Positions 42,160 to 52,757 of a stretch of 64,000 bases of DNA are shown here, piece by piece. The stretch spans positions 1 through 64,000 of the forward strand of contig CAVSQW010000004.1 of NCBI GenBank assembly GCA_963730185.1. Direction: 5' to 3'. The translations under genes were made by a program, and so were the position numbers. Position 1 is the stretch's first letter. Each line of letters opens with the position of its first letter. The notes beneath the pieces are model-generated. The model saw nothing but the letters and a program-made list of their open reading frames with translations, had not been told where the DNA came from and did not search any database. The DNA is from an uncultured Gemmatimonadales bacterium. Its GTDB lineage: Bacteria > Gemmatimonadota > Gemmatimonadetes > Gemmatimonadales > GWC2-71-9.

Positions 42160-43090
42160 GCGCGAAGCCGCGAGCCGGTGGTCGGCGTCGAGGGCGTCTC
42201 CCGCTGGTTCGGGAGCGTGGTCGCCGTGAGCGACGTCAACCTTCGACGTCGCGCCGGGGATCACGGGTCTGCTCGGACCCAACGGTGCGGGCAAGACCAC
42301 CCTGCTGCGGATGATGACGGGGCTGGCCGCCCCGTCGACCGGCACGGTCACGGTGTTCGGCGAGCCGGTGCGGGACAACCCGCCGCTGTACCGCCGGCAT
42401 CGGGGTGATGTCGGAGCACGAGACGGTGTACGGCTTCCTGAACGGGCGTGAGTTCGTGCGGATGATGGGGCGGCTGCGCGGTGTCGCGCGACCTCGACGC
42501 GGCGGTCGAGCGGGCGATCGGCCTCGTGGACCTGGCCGAGGCCGCAGGACCGGCCCATGGGCACGTACTCGCGGGGCATGCGCCAGCGGATGCGGCTCGC
42601 CGCCACCCTGGTGCACGACCCGGAGATGCTGATCCTCGACGAGCCGCTGAACGGTGCCGACCCGAGGCAGCGGGTGCACTTCCAGGAGCTGCTCCTGCAG
42701 CTCGCCGACGAGGGCCGGACCATCGTCCTCTCCTCGCACATCCTCGAGGAGGTCGAGCACCTCGCCGAGACCGTCCTGCTCATCGTGAACGGCAAGCTGG
42801 CGGCGTCGGGCGGGTTCCGCGCCATCCGGGCCGCGCTCGACGAGCGTCCCTACCACGTGCGGGTGATCTGCGACGCACCCCGCCGGCTGGCGGCGCTCGC
42901 GGTGGGCTCCCGTCCGTCGACGCGGTGCACCGTCGATCCCGACGGCGCGATCGTGGTGCTGAGCCGGAGCGTGCGCGACCTGCAGCTCGAGCTGCCACGG
43001 CTGGCGCAGCGGCGGCGCATCCGGCTGCGCAGGGTGGAACCGCTCGACGACTCGCTGGAAAGCGTCTTCGGCTACCTGGTGGAGCGCTGA
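42156..43090 (+). CDS. ABC transporter ATP-binding protein, frameshifted
   Basis: GPNGAGKTT, YSRGMRQR, ILDEPLNG, LSSH; ends SLESVFGYLVER. Confidence 0.87.
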
Positions 43091-43092
43091 CG

Positions 43093-43816
43093 ATGGGCAC
43101 CGTCTACCGCCTCACGCTGCGCCAGCTCTCCGGCCGCTGGCGGCTGCTCGATCATGACGGTGCTGGCCGCGCTGCCGGTGGTGGTCGCCTGCTGATGCTG
43201 CGCTCGGCGACAGCGCGCCCTCGGTCGGCGGAGTTCGAGCAGGTGGTGTTCTAGCGCGCATGCTCGGCGGGCGCCATCACCCCGCTCGTCGTCCTGGCGA
43301 TCGCCACCGCCGCCTTCGCCAACGAGATCGAGGACCGGACGCTCGCGAACCTGACCCTCGCGCCGCATCCCGCGCTGGCGGATCGTGGTGCCGAAGCTCC
43401 TGGCGGTGATCACGATCGCCGCGCCGTTCGTCGGCGTGAGCGCCTGGCTCACGGCGCAGGTGGCGTTCCTGGACGACCTGGCGCGCCACGATGGCGGTCG
43501 ACCGTCTCGCCGCTGCGTCGGCGTGGCCTGTACGCCTCGGCGTTCGTCTGGCTCGGGCTGGTCACCACCCAGGCGATCGGCATCGGGCTCGCTCTACATC
43601 GTGATCTGGGAAGGGTTCTTCTCGGGGTTCGTGGCCGGCGTGCGGCTGCTCAGCATCCGGCACTACGCCATCGGCGTGATGCACGGGTTGGACGCACGCC
43701 GGTTCGCGGCGGTTCCGCACCTGGGGCCCGTGGCGGCGGTGATCGTCTCGCTGTTGGTGTTCGCGGGGTTTCTCGCCTTGTCGATCCGCCGGCTCCGCCG
43801 GATGGATGTCCCCTAG
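43093..43816 (+). CDS. ABC-2 type permease, frameshifted
   Basis: MGTVYRLTLRQL, FANEIEDRTL, YIVIWEG, LSIRHYA in different frames. Confidence 0.75.
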
Positions 43817-44023
43817 TGCGATGCCGGGTTGCGTCATGACGCAGGGAGCAAGCGCTGGCGGAGCCCCGCCGAGGAGCGAGGCGCAAGAGATGGGAACACG
43901 GTGGGCTGCCTCCGGGCGACCGGACAGGAGAACCACGATGTTGGCGCAACGACGCCAAACGCCGGAGACGCCCGCGGACGGCGACGCCGAGGTGATTCGC
44001 CCCTTCGACGAGGAGTGACCGTC

Positions 44024-45907
44024 ATGGTTCCGCCGCGCCGGATCCCGGTCGAAGACTTCTTCCGGAAGCCCGAGCGGACCGCCGTGCGGATCTCGCCGGG
44101 TGGCACCCATCTCGGCTGGCTCGCTCCCTGGGAGCGGCGCCTCAACGTCCACGTGCGCGACCTCGCCACCGGAGAAGGAGCGGCGCGTCACGCACGCGAC
44201 GGCCCGCGACGTGCTGGGCTGGCTCTGGGCGAGCGACGACCGGCTCGTCTACGCCCAGGACTCCGGCGGGGACGAGAACTACCGCCTCTACGCGGTGAAG
44301 GCCGACGGCTCGGGAGCGATCGATCTCACGCCGTTCGAGGGCGTGAAGTGCGGGCTCGTGGACGACCTGGAGGACGAGCCGGATCAGGTCCTGTTCCAGA
44401 TGAACCGGCGCGATCCGCGGGTCTTCGACGCCTACCGCGCGAACGTCGCGACCGGCGAGATCCAGCTCGTCGCCGAGAATCCGGGCAACGTCACGGGCTG
44501 GGTCACCGACTGGTCCGGCCGCATTCGGGCCGCGTCCGCCAACGACGGCGTCTCGACGAGCCTGCTGTACCGCGAAACCGAGGCCGCTCCCTGGCGGACG
44601 GTCGCGACGCACGACTTCCGGGAGACGGCTCCGGCCGCTCCGCTTCACCTTCGACGACCGTCGCCTCCTCGTGTCCTCCAACGTCGGCCGCGACAGGACC
44701 GCGATCTTCGAGTACGACCCGACGACCGCCGAGCACGGGGCGCTGATCTTCGAGCACCCCGAGGTGGACGTCGCCGGGCTCACACGTCTCGCGGCGGCGC
44801 CGGGTCCTGACCGCGGTGGCCTACGAGACCGACAAGCCGGGGTGGCACTTCCTCGACGAGGAGCGCCGCGCCCAGCAGGAGTACCTCGACGCGGAGCTCC
44901 CCGGCCGCCTGAACCGGCTGCGCTCGCACTCTCGCGACGAGACGCGCTGGGTCGTGCACTCCGGCGGCGACCGCACGCCGGGCAGCTATCACCTGCTCAC
45001 CTGGGAGGATCACGGCGCGCGCCGGGAGCTGACGCCGCTCTTCGAGGCGAGCCCCTGGCTGCGCGAGGACGAGCTCGCGCCGATGCAGCCGATCTCCTAC
45101 TCGAGCCGCGACGGCCTGACGATCCACGGCTACCTGACCGTGCCGGCGGGCGTCGAGCCGAAGAACCTGCCGCTCGTGCTCAACCCGCACGGCGGACCCT
45201 GGTATCGCGACTCCTGGGGCTTCAACCCGGAGGTCCAGTTCCTCGCCAACCGCGGCGCGGCCGTGCTGCAGGTCAACTACCGAGGGTCGACCGGCTACGG
45301 GAAGGCGTTCTGGGAGGCGAGCTTCGGCCAGTGGGGCCTCGCCATGCAGGACGACCTGACCGACGCCGTGCGCTGGGCGGTGGACCAGGGGATCGCCGAC
45401 CCCGCCCGCGTCGCCATCTACGGCGGCAGCTACGGCGGCTACGCGACGCTCGCCGGCATCACGAAGGAGCCGGATCTCTTCGCCTGCGCCGTGAGCTACT
45501 GCGGCGTGTCGAACATCTTCACGTTTCTCGAGGCGTTCCCGCCGTACTGGGAGCCGCTGCGCGCCATGGTGCACGAGATGATCGGCGACCCGGAGCGCGA
45601 CGCCGAGCGCCTGAAGGCGACGTCGCCGCTCTTCCACGTGGACCGCATCCGCTGTCCGCTGCTGGTCGCCCAGGGTGCCAACGACCCGCGGGTGCGGAAA
45701 GGCGAGTCGGATCAGATCGTCGCGGCGCTGCGGGAGAGGGGAGTGGAGGTCGAGTACCTCGTCAAGGACGACGAGGGGCACGGGTTCGCGAACGAGGAGA
45801 ATCAGTTCGACTTCTACCGCGCGATGGAGCGGTTCCTCGCCAAGCACCTCGAGCTGAACGGCGGAAATCAGGGTCGACCGATGTCTTCGTTCCAGAGCTC
45901 AGGATGA
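44024..45907 (+). CDS. S9 family peptidase (acylaminoacyl/dipeptidyl peptidase), frameshifted N-terminal half
   Basis: [46 protein letters not shown]. Confidence 0.93.
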
Positions 45908-46320
45908 GCCGAGACGAACTCCGACAACAGCCGGTGGCACTCGCCGGAGTCGAGGTCGGTCACCTCGATGCCGCGCTCCCGGAGCCAGTCGAGCCCGCCC
46001 CGAAAGGTCCGCGACTCGCCGACGATCACCCGGCCGATGCCGAACTGCACCACCAGTCCGCTGCAATACCAGCACGGCGCCAGGGTCGTCACCATGACCG
46101 TCTCGCGATAGTCGCGCTGCCGCCCCGCCCGCCGGAAGGCGTCGGTCTCGGCGTGGGTGGCGGGGTCGTCATCCTGGACCCGGCGGTTGTGACCCCGGCC
46201 CAGCAGGGTGCCGTCGGGGCGAAACAGGGCGGCCCCGATCGGGATGCCCCCTTCGGCCAGACCCTGGCGGGCCTCCTCGATGGCGACCCGGAGCATCGCC
46301 GCATCGCGGTCGTTCGTCAT
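45868..46320 (-). CDS. Nucleoside/cytosine deaminase (FCY1-like, CDA fold)
   Basis: GGIPIGAAL, GHNRRVQ, HAE, PCWYC, WNEDIG. Confidence 0.92.
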   Translation of the reverse strand: MTNDRDAAMLRVAIEEARQGLAEGGIPIGAALFRPDGTLLGRGHNRRVQDDDPATHAETDAFRRAGRQRDYRETVMVTTLAPCWYCSGLVVQFGIGRVIVGESRTFRGGLDWLRERGIEVTDLDSGECHRLLSEFVSAHPELWNEDIGRP

Positions 46321-46565
46321 CCGCTCTCACCCCTCCGATCGGTCACCGGCCATGGCCCCGACTTGCTGCTCGACTCCGGCGGCTTCGACCACGACCAGAG
46401 AAGGGTGGCCCGGGTCCTGAAAGTCAAGCGTGGCTCATGAGGCCGGCGCTGATCCCAACGGAAGCAGCCTCGGAGAGGCCGGGCACCCTTCATTTGGATA
46501 CAATTCGGCGCTACGTTCTGCCGTCGCTCACGCTCCCAACCTCTCTCCCAGCCTGGGACCACGCC

Positions 46566-47978
46566 ATGATCCAACGTCTGCTCCGCCGGACGGTGATCGG
46601 CTTCTCGCTGCTCGCCGCGATCGCCCCCGCCGCGCTCCCGGCCCAGACCGGGCGCTACGACGCGGCCAAGACCCAGGCCGCCCTGACCGGCATGATCCAG
46701 CGGATCGTGCGGGGCGGTGTGCCCTCCGTCTCGATCGCGCTGGTCCGGGGAGATTCGATCGTGTGGACGGCGGCCTTCGGCTACGCCAACGTCCGGACCC
46801 GGACGCCGGCCACGCCCCAGACCTACTACAGCACTGGGTCGACTTTCAAATCGGCCACCGCGACCGCCATCATGCAGCTGGTGGAGCAGGGGAAGCTCTC
46901 CCTCGACGATCCGGTCAACCGCTACCTCGGCGACGCGCAGGTCCAGGACCGGCTCCAGAGCGAGAAGGCGGTGACCTTCCGACATATCCTGTCGCACTGG
47001 TCGGGGCTGACCGCCGGGGCGGAGACCCAGCCGCTGTGGGGGCGCAAGCTGCCCAAGACCCTCGAGCAGATGGTGTCGAGCCTCTACTCGATCAGGGCGC
47101 CGGAGACCAAGTGGGAGTACAACAACTTCGCCTATGGGATGGCGGGGCTGCTGGTTCAGAAGATCTCGGGCGAGGAGTACGAGCAGTACATGGTCGAACA
47201 CGTGCTCCGGCCGCTCGGCATCACGGCGCCGCACCCGGTGTATCCCACCCCCGAGATGGTGGAGCTGATGGCGCTGCCCTACGACCCGGGCCGAGCGGGG
47301 GCGCCGCCCACGCCGGTGGCGCAGGTGCATTTCGACGTGTACCCCGCCGGCGACGTCTGGCTCACCGCCGAAGACATGGCCCGCTTCCTCGGCGCCCACC
47401 TCAACGGTGGGGCGTTCCAGGGGCATCGGATCCTGTCCGAGGAGTCGGTGCGGCAGGCCCACGAGCCCCAGTTCGGCGGCAACTACGCCTTCGGCTGGGG
47501 GGTCCAGAAGGACGCCAAGGGACACACCATCCTGAGCCACAGCGGCGGGATCCCCGGCATGAGCTCCCAGATGGTGGGTGACCTCGATGCCAAGGTGGGC
47601 GTCTACTTCATGTCGAACTCGGGGGCCCCGGGCTGGCTGGCCCAGGCCGCGCTGGCGCTGCTCCGAGGCGAAGACTACACCCCGCCGCCGGAGCGGACGG
47701 CGATCACTCTGGCCCCGAGCATCCTGGACCGGTACGTGGGCACCTACGACCTCAGCGCCGACGTGACCATCGCCGTGTCGCGCGAGGGGCCCGGACTGAT
47801 GGCGCGGTTCAACGGCGCCAAGGAGGGAACCCTGCTCCTGCCCGAGACCGAGACCCGCTTCTTCGTGCCGGGGGCGGGGCTGGTCATCACCTTCGGCGTC
47901 GACCCGGCGGGTGCGGTCGATCGGCTCGAGCTGGGCGACGGGGGCGAGAAGCAGGTGGCGAAGCGCCGGAAGCCCTGA
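46566..47978 (+). CDS. Secreted beta-lactamase-family serine hydrolase with C-terminal DUF3471-like domain
   Basis: STFK (SxxK), LSHWSG, YNN, HSGG; LDRYVGTY..LLPETETRFF tail. Confidence 0.9.
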   Translation: MIQRLLRRTVIGFSLLAAIAPAALPAQTGRYDAAKTQAALTGMIQRIVRGGVPSVSIALVRGDSIVWTAAFGYANVRTRTPATPQTYYSTGSTFKSATATAIMQLVEQGKLSLDDPVNRYLGDAQVQDRLQSEKAVTFRHILSHWSGLTAGAETQPLWGRKLPKTLEQMVSSLYSIRAPETKWEYNNFAYGMAGLLVQKISGEEYEQYMVEHVLRPLGITAPHPVYPTPEMVELMALPYDPGRAGAPPTPVAQVHFDVYPAGDVWLTAEDMARFLGAHLNGGAFQGHRILSEESVRQAHEPQFGGNYAFGWGVQKDAKGHTILSHSGGIPGMSSQMVGDLDAKVGVYFMSNSGAPGWLAQAALALLRGEDYTPPPERTAITLAPSILDRYVGTYDLSADVTIAVSREGPGLMARFNGAKEGTLLLPETETRFFVPGAGLVITFGVDPAGAVDRLELGDGGEKQVAKRRKP

Positions 47979-48050
47979 TCGGCGGGGTCCGGTGGCGGAT
48001 GTGGACCTGGCCGGCCTCAACGATTCGGTCTACTCGGTAGTACAAAGTAC

Positions 48051-48079
48051 TTGACAAGCGCAAGGCCAGGTGACATCAT
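48051..48079 (+). promoter_or_regulatory. Sigma70-like promoter
   Basis: TTGACA-N17-CATCAT with TGn extension; AT-rich agtac-aaa-gtact inverted repeat abuts the -35. Confidence 0.5.
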
Positions 48080-48137
48080 GGTGATTCCGGTGCCCGCCGG
48101 GAACGGGTGCCGTCCTCGCTCACCTGGAGGTCGCGGA

Positions 48138-48431
48138 ATGAGTTTCACCGCCGTGCTGAAGCGACCCAGTGCGTTCCTGCCCCTGGTGTGCTCGGGGCTC
48201 GCCCTGGCTCTGGTGCTCGGACACGTGGCGCTCTACGGGGTCGCTCGTCAGGCTGATGAAGGGGCGGCCGCCCACCTCTTCCAGCTGGTGATGGTCTTGC
48301 AGGCGCCGATCATCGCCTATTTCGCGGTCCGGTGGGTGCCGCGGGAGGGGAAGTCGGCCTGGTCGGTGCTCGCGCTCCAGGTGGGCGCGGCCATCCTGGC
48401 GCTGGCGCCGGTGTTCCTGCTCGAGCTCTAG
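48138..48431 (+). CDS. Small 3-TM membrane protein
   Basis: GGAGG SD; KRPSAFLPL, DEGAAAHLFQL, Q.PIIAYFA.RW. Confidence 0.75.
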   Translation: MSFTAVLKRPSAFLPLVCSGLALALVLGHVALYGVARQADEGAAAHLFQLVMVLQAPIIAYFAVRWVPREGKSAWSVLALQVGAAILALAPVFLLEL

Positions 48432-48501
48432 GCCGAAGCAGGGCCTGGTCCGCGGGGGACGGTGCCGTCAGACAAGGTGGGGTCGGCAACCGGCTTGCCG
48501 G

Positions 48502-49410
48502 TCAGGCCTCGCATCGCCGGCGGAGGACGCGCTCCAGCCGAAGGAACGCCAGCTCGATCCCGCCGAAGCGGTCGGTGCTGAACAGGATCCGGCCGCCGGC
48601 CGGACTCCAGACCGGGTCGCCATCGAAGCCGGCGCTCCGGGTCAGGCGCTCCGACCACCCGTCGTTCAGGTCCACGACCCAGAGGTCGCGGTTTCCATCC
48701 ACCTCCGACGCATAGACCAGACACCGTCCGTTCGGCGACCACGACGGATAGCCGTTGGAGCCGGAACCGCGGCTGACCTGTCGAACGTCCCGCCCACCGG
48801 CACTCATCACGTACACTTGCAGGTGGAAACGCTCGCGACCGCGATCGGAATGGAACGCGATCTGCCGGCCATCGGGTGACCAGCGGGCGTCGGAGTCGTA
48901 GCCCGGGTGTCGCGCCAGGGGCGTCAGCCGGCCGCTCTCGACGTTCCGGAGATAGATGTCGTGCCCGGTGCCGGCGGCGGGGTCGACGGCGTCGAACAGC
49001 AGGCGACGTCCTGACGGGTCTTCCAGCGGTCGGAAGGCTTCCCAGGCCAGCGTGTCCATTCGGGTGACGTTGCCGGAGAGTGGCTCCAGACGGAGGAGGC
49101 GGTATTTCCCCTCACGTTGCCCGTAGAACAGGATCGCCGAGCCGTCCGGAGACCAGCTCGGCCACCCCACCGGGGCAGCCTCGTTCGTCAATCGAAGGAG
49201 ATCGCCGCCGTCCGCCGCGACGGACCAGACCTGCCAGCCGGCTTCCCGGTCCGAGACGAACGCGATGCGGCGCCCGTCCGGGGCGAAGAACGCCTGCCCG
49301 TTGCGAGCGCCGGAGGTCGTGAACCGACTCACCCGGTCCTGAGGCTGCGCCGCGGCCAAGCCGAGAACCACCAGGCTGCCCGCCAGAGGAACCCACCGTC
49401 GCATCGTCAT
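48502..49410 (-). CDS. TolB-like beta-propeller (PD40 repeats), secreted
   Basis: Repeated WSPDG..I.F.S.R motifs; signal peptide. Confidence 0.9.
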   Translation of the reverse strand: MTMRRWVPLAGSLVVLGLAAAQPQDRVSRFTTSGARNGQAFFAPDGRRIAFVSDREAGWQVWSVAADGGDLLRLTNEAAPVGWPSWSPDGSAILFYGQREGKYRLLRLEPLSGNVTRMDTLAWEAFRPLEDPSGRRLLFDAVDPAAGTGHDIYLRNVESGRLTPLARHPGYDSDARWSPDGRQIAFHSDRGRERFHLQVYVMSAGGRDVRQVSRGSGSNGYPSWSPNGRCLVYASEVDGNRDLWVVDLNDGWSERLTRSAGFDGDPVWSPAGGRILFSTDRFGGIELAFLRLERVLRRRCEA

Positions 49411-49447
49411 CCCGTCCTCATCTTGCCGGCGAGAGCCGCTCCTCAGC

Positions 49448-50743
49448 TCAAGGCTTGGTCAGCCGATACATCCGCACGTACTCGACGTCGTTCTCGTCCT
49501 TCCACACCCCGAGCAGGTAGTCGTCGCCGATGGTCCGAACCGCGAAGCGGGGCGGCATCGTCACGGTGCCCAGCCAGACCCCGGTCGAGTCGAACACGTC
49601 CCAGCCGGCCGACGGGTTGGGGTGTTGAGGCGGGGGCATGTCCTCTTCCAGGTCGTAGGCGCGAACCCACAGGTTCCCGGCCTCGTCTACCCTGATTCGG
49701 GAAAACGCCGGCAGCACGGGCGCGTACGCCATCTCGTCGAGGGCCTGCTTGAACAGCTGGAGCGTGCGTTCCGGGACCGGGCGCCCGTTCGCGCCGATCG
49801 GGCTGAGGAGGCGCCTCGCGTACTCGTCGCGAAGCGCCGCGGTGACCGGTGTGGGTTCGACCCGGCGTCGGATGATCGTGGCGAGGGCCGCGGCCTTCCA
49901 CTCCGGACTGGAGGAAGCCGACGAGCCGCCCCGAACGAACTCCCGAATCTCGTACCGGTTGTCCGGCGCCACGTAGATCCGGTCGGCGACGCCCTCGAGC
50001 AAGGGCCTCCGGCCGAAGGCGTCCGGCCCCCCGATCGGCGACAAGGCGGACCGGTGATGAGGCGCGCCCGCGAGACGGACGAGGGTGGTGGCTCGGCTTC
50101 CGTCGGCCGCGACCCAGTCCACCGTCGCCGAATCGGTCCAGTGCCCCAGCGCGTTCCAGGCGGAGCGGGCCTTGAAGGGAAGCGTGCGGAGGGAGAGGAA
50201 CGACCCGTCCGCCATCACGACGCTCGGTGCCGCCCACTGCACATCCGGAGTGTGGCGTAGTCCGACGCGGACGAACGCCCCGGTCGGCGAGAGGACCTGG
50301 AGCCGGTCGTTGTCCGCGACGAGCAGGGAATCTCCCGGGAGCCGCCGAATGCCGGCGAAGCTGGAGAACTCGCCCGGGCCCTTGCCCCTGCCGCCGGCCT
50401 TGGCGACGAAGCGACCGGTGCTGTCGTAGAACCGGATCTCGCTGGTGCCCCCGTCCAGCACGACGATCCGTCCATCCGAAAGCCGAAGGGGGCCTTGAAC
50501 CCTGGTCAGCTGGTACTCGGGAGCGCCCTCGGCCGCCCCGATCGAGACAGCCGGGGAATCGCTCACCCGCCAGCGGGTCGAGTCGGACCACCGCGGAGCG
50601 CGGCTCTCGACGATTCGGATGCCGCTGCTGTCGCGGACTGCGGACCCGCCGGCGCCGGACGACGAGCACGCGAGCGCGGCCAGGATGGGGATCGCGGATG
50701 CGAGTCCGGCAACGAGAGGGGTCGGCCGTCTGGCGGTGGGCAT
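49448..50743 (-). CDS. 6-bladed beta-propeller lipoprotein
   Basis: ALAC lipobox; VRDSSGIRIVE, GGRGKGPGEF, VDEAGNLWV, WDVFDSTG.WLG, DENDVEYV. Confidence 0.82.
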   Translation of the reverse strand: MPTARRPTPLVAGLASAIPILAALACSSSGAGGSAVRDSSGIRIVESRAPRWSDSTRWRVSDSPAVSIGAAEGAPEYQLTRVQGPLRLSDGRIVVLDGGTSEIRFYDSTGRFVAKAGGRGKGPGEFSSFAGIRRLPGDSLLVADNDRLQVLSPTGAFVRVGLRHTPDVQWAAPSVVMADGSFLSLRTLPFKARSAWNALGHWTDSATVDWVAADGSRATTLVRLAGAPHHRSALSPIGGPDAFGRRPLLEGVADRIYVAPDNRYEIREFVRGGSSASSSPEWKAAALATIIRRRVEPTPVTAALRDEYARRLLSPIGANGRPVPERTLQLFKQALDEMAYAPVLPAFSRIRVDEAGNLWVRAYDLEEDMPPPQHPNPSAGWDVFDSTGVWLGTVTMPPRFAVRTIGDDYLLGVWKDENDVEYVRMYRLTKP

Positions 50744-50971
50744 TGAAGGCTCGACCGTTCGGGGAGGACTTGGCGGTGCCGGCGGGGCCCTCAGGCGCAC
50801 CGTCGCGGGGATGGTGCGGGGCCGCCAACCCGACCATGATATCCCGCTCGGGGCTGGGCCGCCAGCGAGCGCGGCCCCGTCGTCAGGTTAGGGAGGCGAG
50901 CCGGGTCCTGACCTGCCACCGAGCCGGCCGAGTCCGAACCCCAGTAGAGGGCGCCGAGGTTGGAGGGGAGG

Positions 50972-51343
50972 TCAGACGTGCTGGTCGACCAGGATCGGAT
51001 TCCCGTCCGGGTCCACGACCACGAAGCTCGCCGGCCCCGTGGTCGACTCGTCCGCCTCCGTGGCGAACCGGACACCCCTCGCCTTGAGCTCCCGCTGCAG
51101 CGCCCGCACGTCGGTGAACGGCTCCAGCGGCTTGGCGTCCTGGTCCCAGCCCGGATTGAAGGTCAGGATGTTCTTGTCGAACATGCCCTGGAACAGGCCG
51201 ATCACATGGCGGCCGTTCTTGAGGATGGTCCAGCGCGCGGACGGGTCGCACGGCGGCCCGTTGAAGCCGAGCTTCTCGTAGAAGGCGCGGGAGGCGGCGA
51301 GATCCTTGACGGCCAGGCTGACGGAGAAGGCACCGAGGTCCAT
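50972..51343 (-). CDS. VOC/glyoxalase family protein
   Basis: FSVSLAVKDLAASRAFYEKLGF, DPDGNPILVDQH. Confidence 0.92.
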   Translation of the reverse strand: MDLGAFSVSLAVKDLAASRAFYEKLGFNGPPCDPSARWTILKNGRHVIGLFQGMFDKNILTFNPGWDQDAKPLEPFTDVRALQRELKARGVRFATEADESTTGPASFVVVDPDGNPILVDQHV

Positions 51344-51374
51344 GATGGTATCGCTCCTGTCGATGGGTGGTCGT

Positions 51375-51926
51375 TCAGCTCGACGAGGCGTCGAGCGCGG
51401 CGGCGCCGGTGGGCGGCTTGGCCCGACTCAGAACGCCGGCCGCGACCAGGGTGAAGACGAGGCCGATCGGCAGGGGCTCGAGGAAGGTGTAGGCGATGTT
51501 GACCAGCGGGTTCCGGTACCGGTCGGCGAACGCCGCCATCTCGCGGGTCCGGGCGGCGATGTCGGCCTCGGAGGCGCCGGCCTTCCTGGCCTGCTCGACG
51601 GTGTAGGCCGCGTACTTCTCGCCGAAGTCGGGGGCGAGCTTGAAGTAGATCAACTCCCAGGTGGCCACGTAGCAGGCCGTGGCGACCAGGGTGATGAGGA
51701 GGCCGACGGCGAAGGCTCGCCCGAAGGTGATCCGCCCACCCGCCACGTTGTCCCGGTAGGACTTGACCCCGAACCAGACCATCAGGAAGGCCAGCACCAT
51801 CGTGGTGTAGCCGATGACCTCGCCCCGGCCGATCCCGATCCGGTCCTGGAAGGGCAGGGTGAGGAGCATCATCGCCGACAGGATGGCGCCGGCGATGAGG
51901 CCGAAGGTCAGGACGATCTTGCGCAT
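51375..51926 (-). CDS. DUF4199 family membrane protein
   Basis: MRKIVLTFGLIAG, GYTTMVLAF, GVKSYRDN..GG.ITFGRAF. Confidence 0.85.
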   Translation of the reverse strand: MRKIVLTFGLIAGAILSAMMLLTLPFQDRIGIGRGEVIGYTTMVLAFLMVWFGVKSYRDNVAGGRITFGRAFAVGLLITLVATACYVATWELIYFKLAPDFGEKYAAYTVEQARKAGASEADIAARTREMAAFADRYRNPLVNIAYTFLEPLPIGLVFTLVAAGVLSRAKPPTGAAALDASSS

Positions 51927-52064
51927 GGCGGCTCGCTCGAGACGTTGGGGACGGCCGATTCTACGGGTCGGCGGCGTTCCGCGCGTCACCCGAAGGAATG
52001 ATTTCGGCGGTTTCGGGTCGAAATCACCCGAAAGTTGATCGACGACGGGGCATACCGGCGCCGA

Positions 52065-52511
52065 TCAGGCAATGATCCGGAATTCCTTGCCGAGTTGGAC
52101 GGCCTGGGTGCGCCGCCGGGCGCCGAGTTTGTCGAAGACCCGGCTCGAATGGGTCTTGACCGTATTCTCGCTGACGTGGACCCGTTCCGCGATCTCCCGG
52201 TTGCTGAGCCCTTCGGCGATCAGCTCGAGGATTTCCAGCTCCCTCGGCGTGAGGCCGAGCGACTCGACCCTGGCCTGGTCCCGGACGAAGGTGGCCGGGG
52301 CCGGTACCAGGACCTCGCGCACCACGACCTTCTCGGTGGGCCGGGTGAGTCGGCGGCCGAGCCAGAGGCCGAGACTCACGAAGACGAGCGCGACCAACCC
52401 GCCGTAGATCTCGACCGAATGCTCGACCACGATCCAGCGATACTCGATCAGCTGGAGCAGGGCGATCAGGAGGCCGCCCAGGAGGCCGAAAAGCAGGACG
52501 TGCTTCCGCAT
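52065..52511 (-). CDS. Membrane-anchored LuxR-type regulator
   Basis: Two N-terminal TMs; LTPRELEILELIAEGLSNREIA..VSENTVKTH. Confidence 0.92.
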   Translation of the reverse strand: MRKHVLLFGLLGGLLIALLQLIEYRWIVVEHSVEIYGGLVALVFVSLGLWLGRRLTRPTEKVVVREVLVPAPATFVRDQARVESLGLTPRELEILELIAEGLSNREIAERVHVSENTVKTHSSRVFDKLGARRRTQAVQLGKEFRIIA

Positions 52512-52757
52512 GACGAGAGTCTACGGCGCCTCGGGAACGAAGGGGTCGTCGTCGCTCCGCTGCCGGAGGCTCCGGCTGAAGAGCCGATCGCTGGGGTCGA
52601 AGCCGAAGGTCATGGACTGCTGAAAGTTACCCGGCGCCCGGGCCCCTTCGTGGCATCGGCCCCAACGGCTAACCTCAGGTGGCTGCCGGGGTTAGTATAA
52701 CAGATCGGAGCCCACGCGCCTCACTGCAAAATGTACCCCGCCACCGGGAGGGGAGAC

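Noticed and set aside
40288..44900. Programmed ribosomal frameshifting in ABC/S9 genes
   Set aside because: Too many shifts, and no slippery heptamers noticed; sequencing error is the simpler explanation.
52520..52613. 30-aa minus-strand ORF upstream of luxR
   Set aside because: No clear SD or recognisable motif; likely chance.
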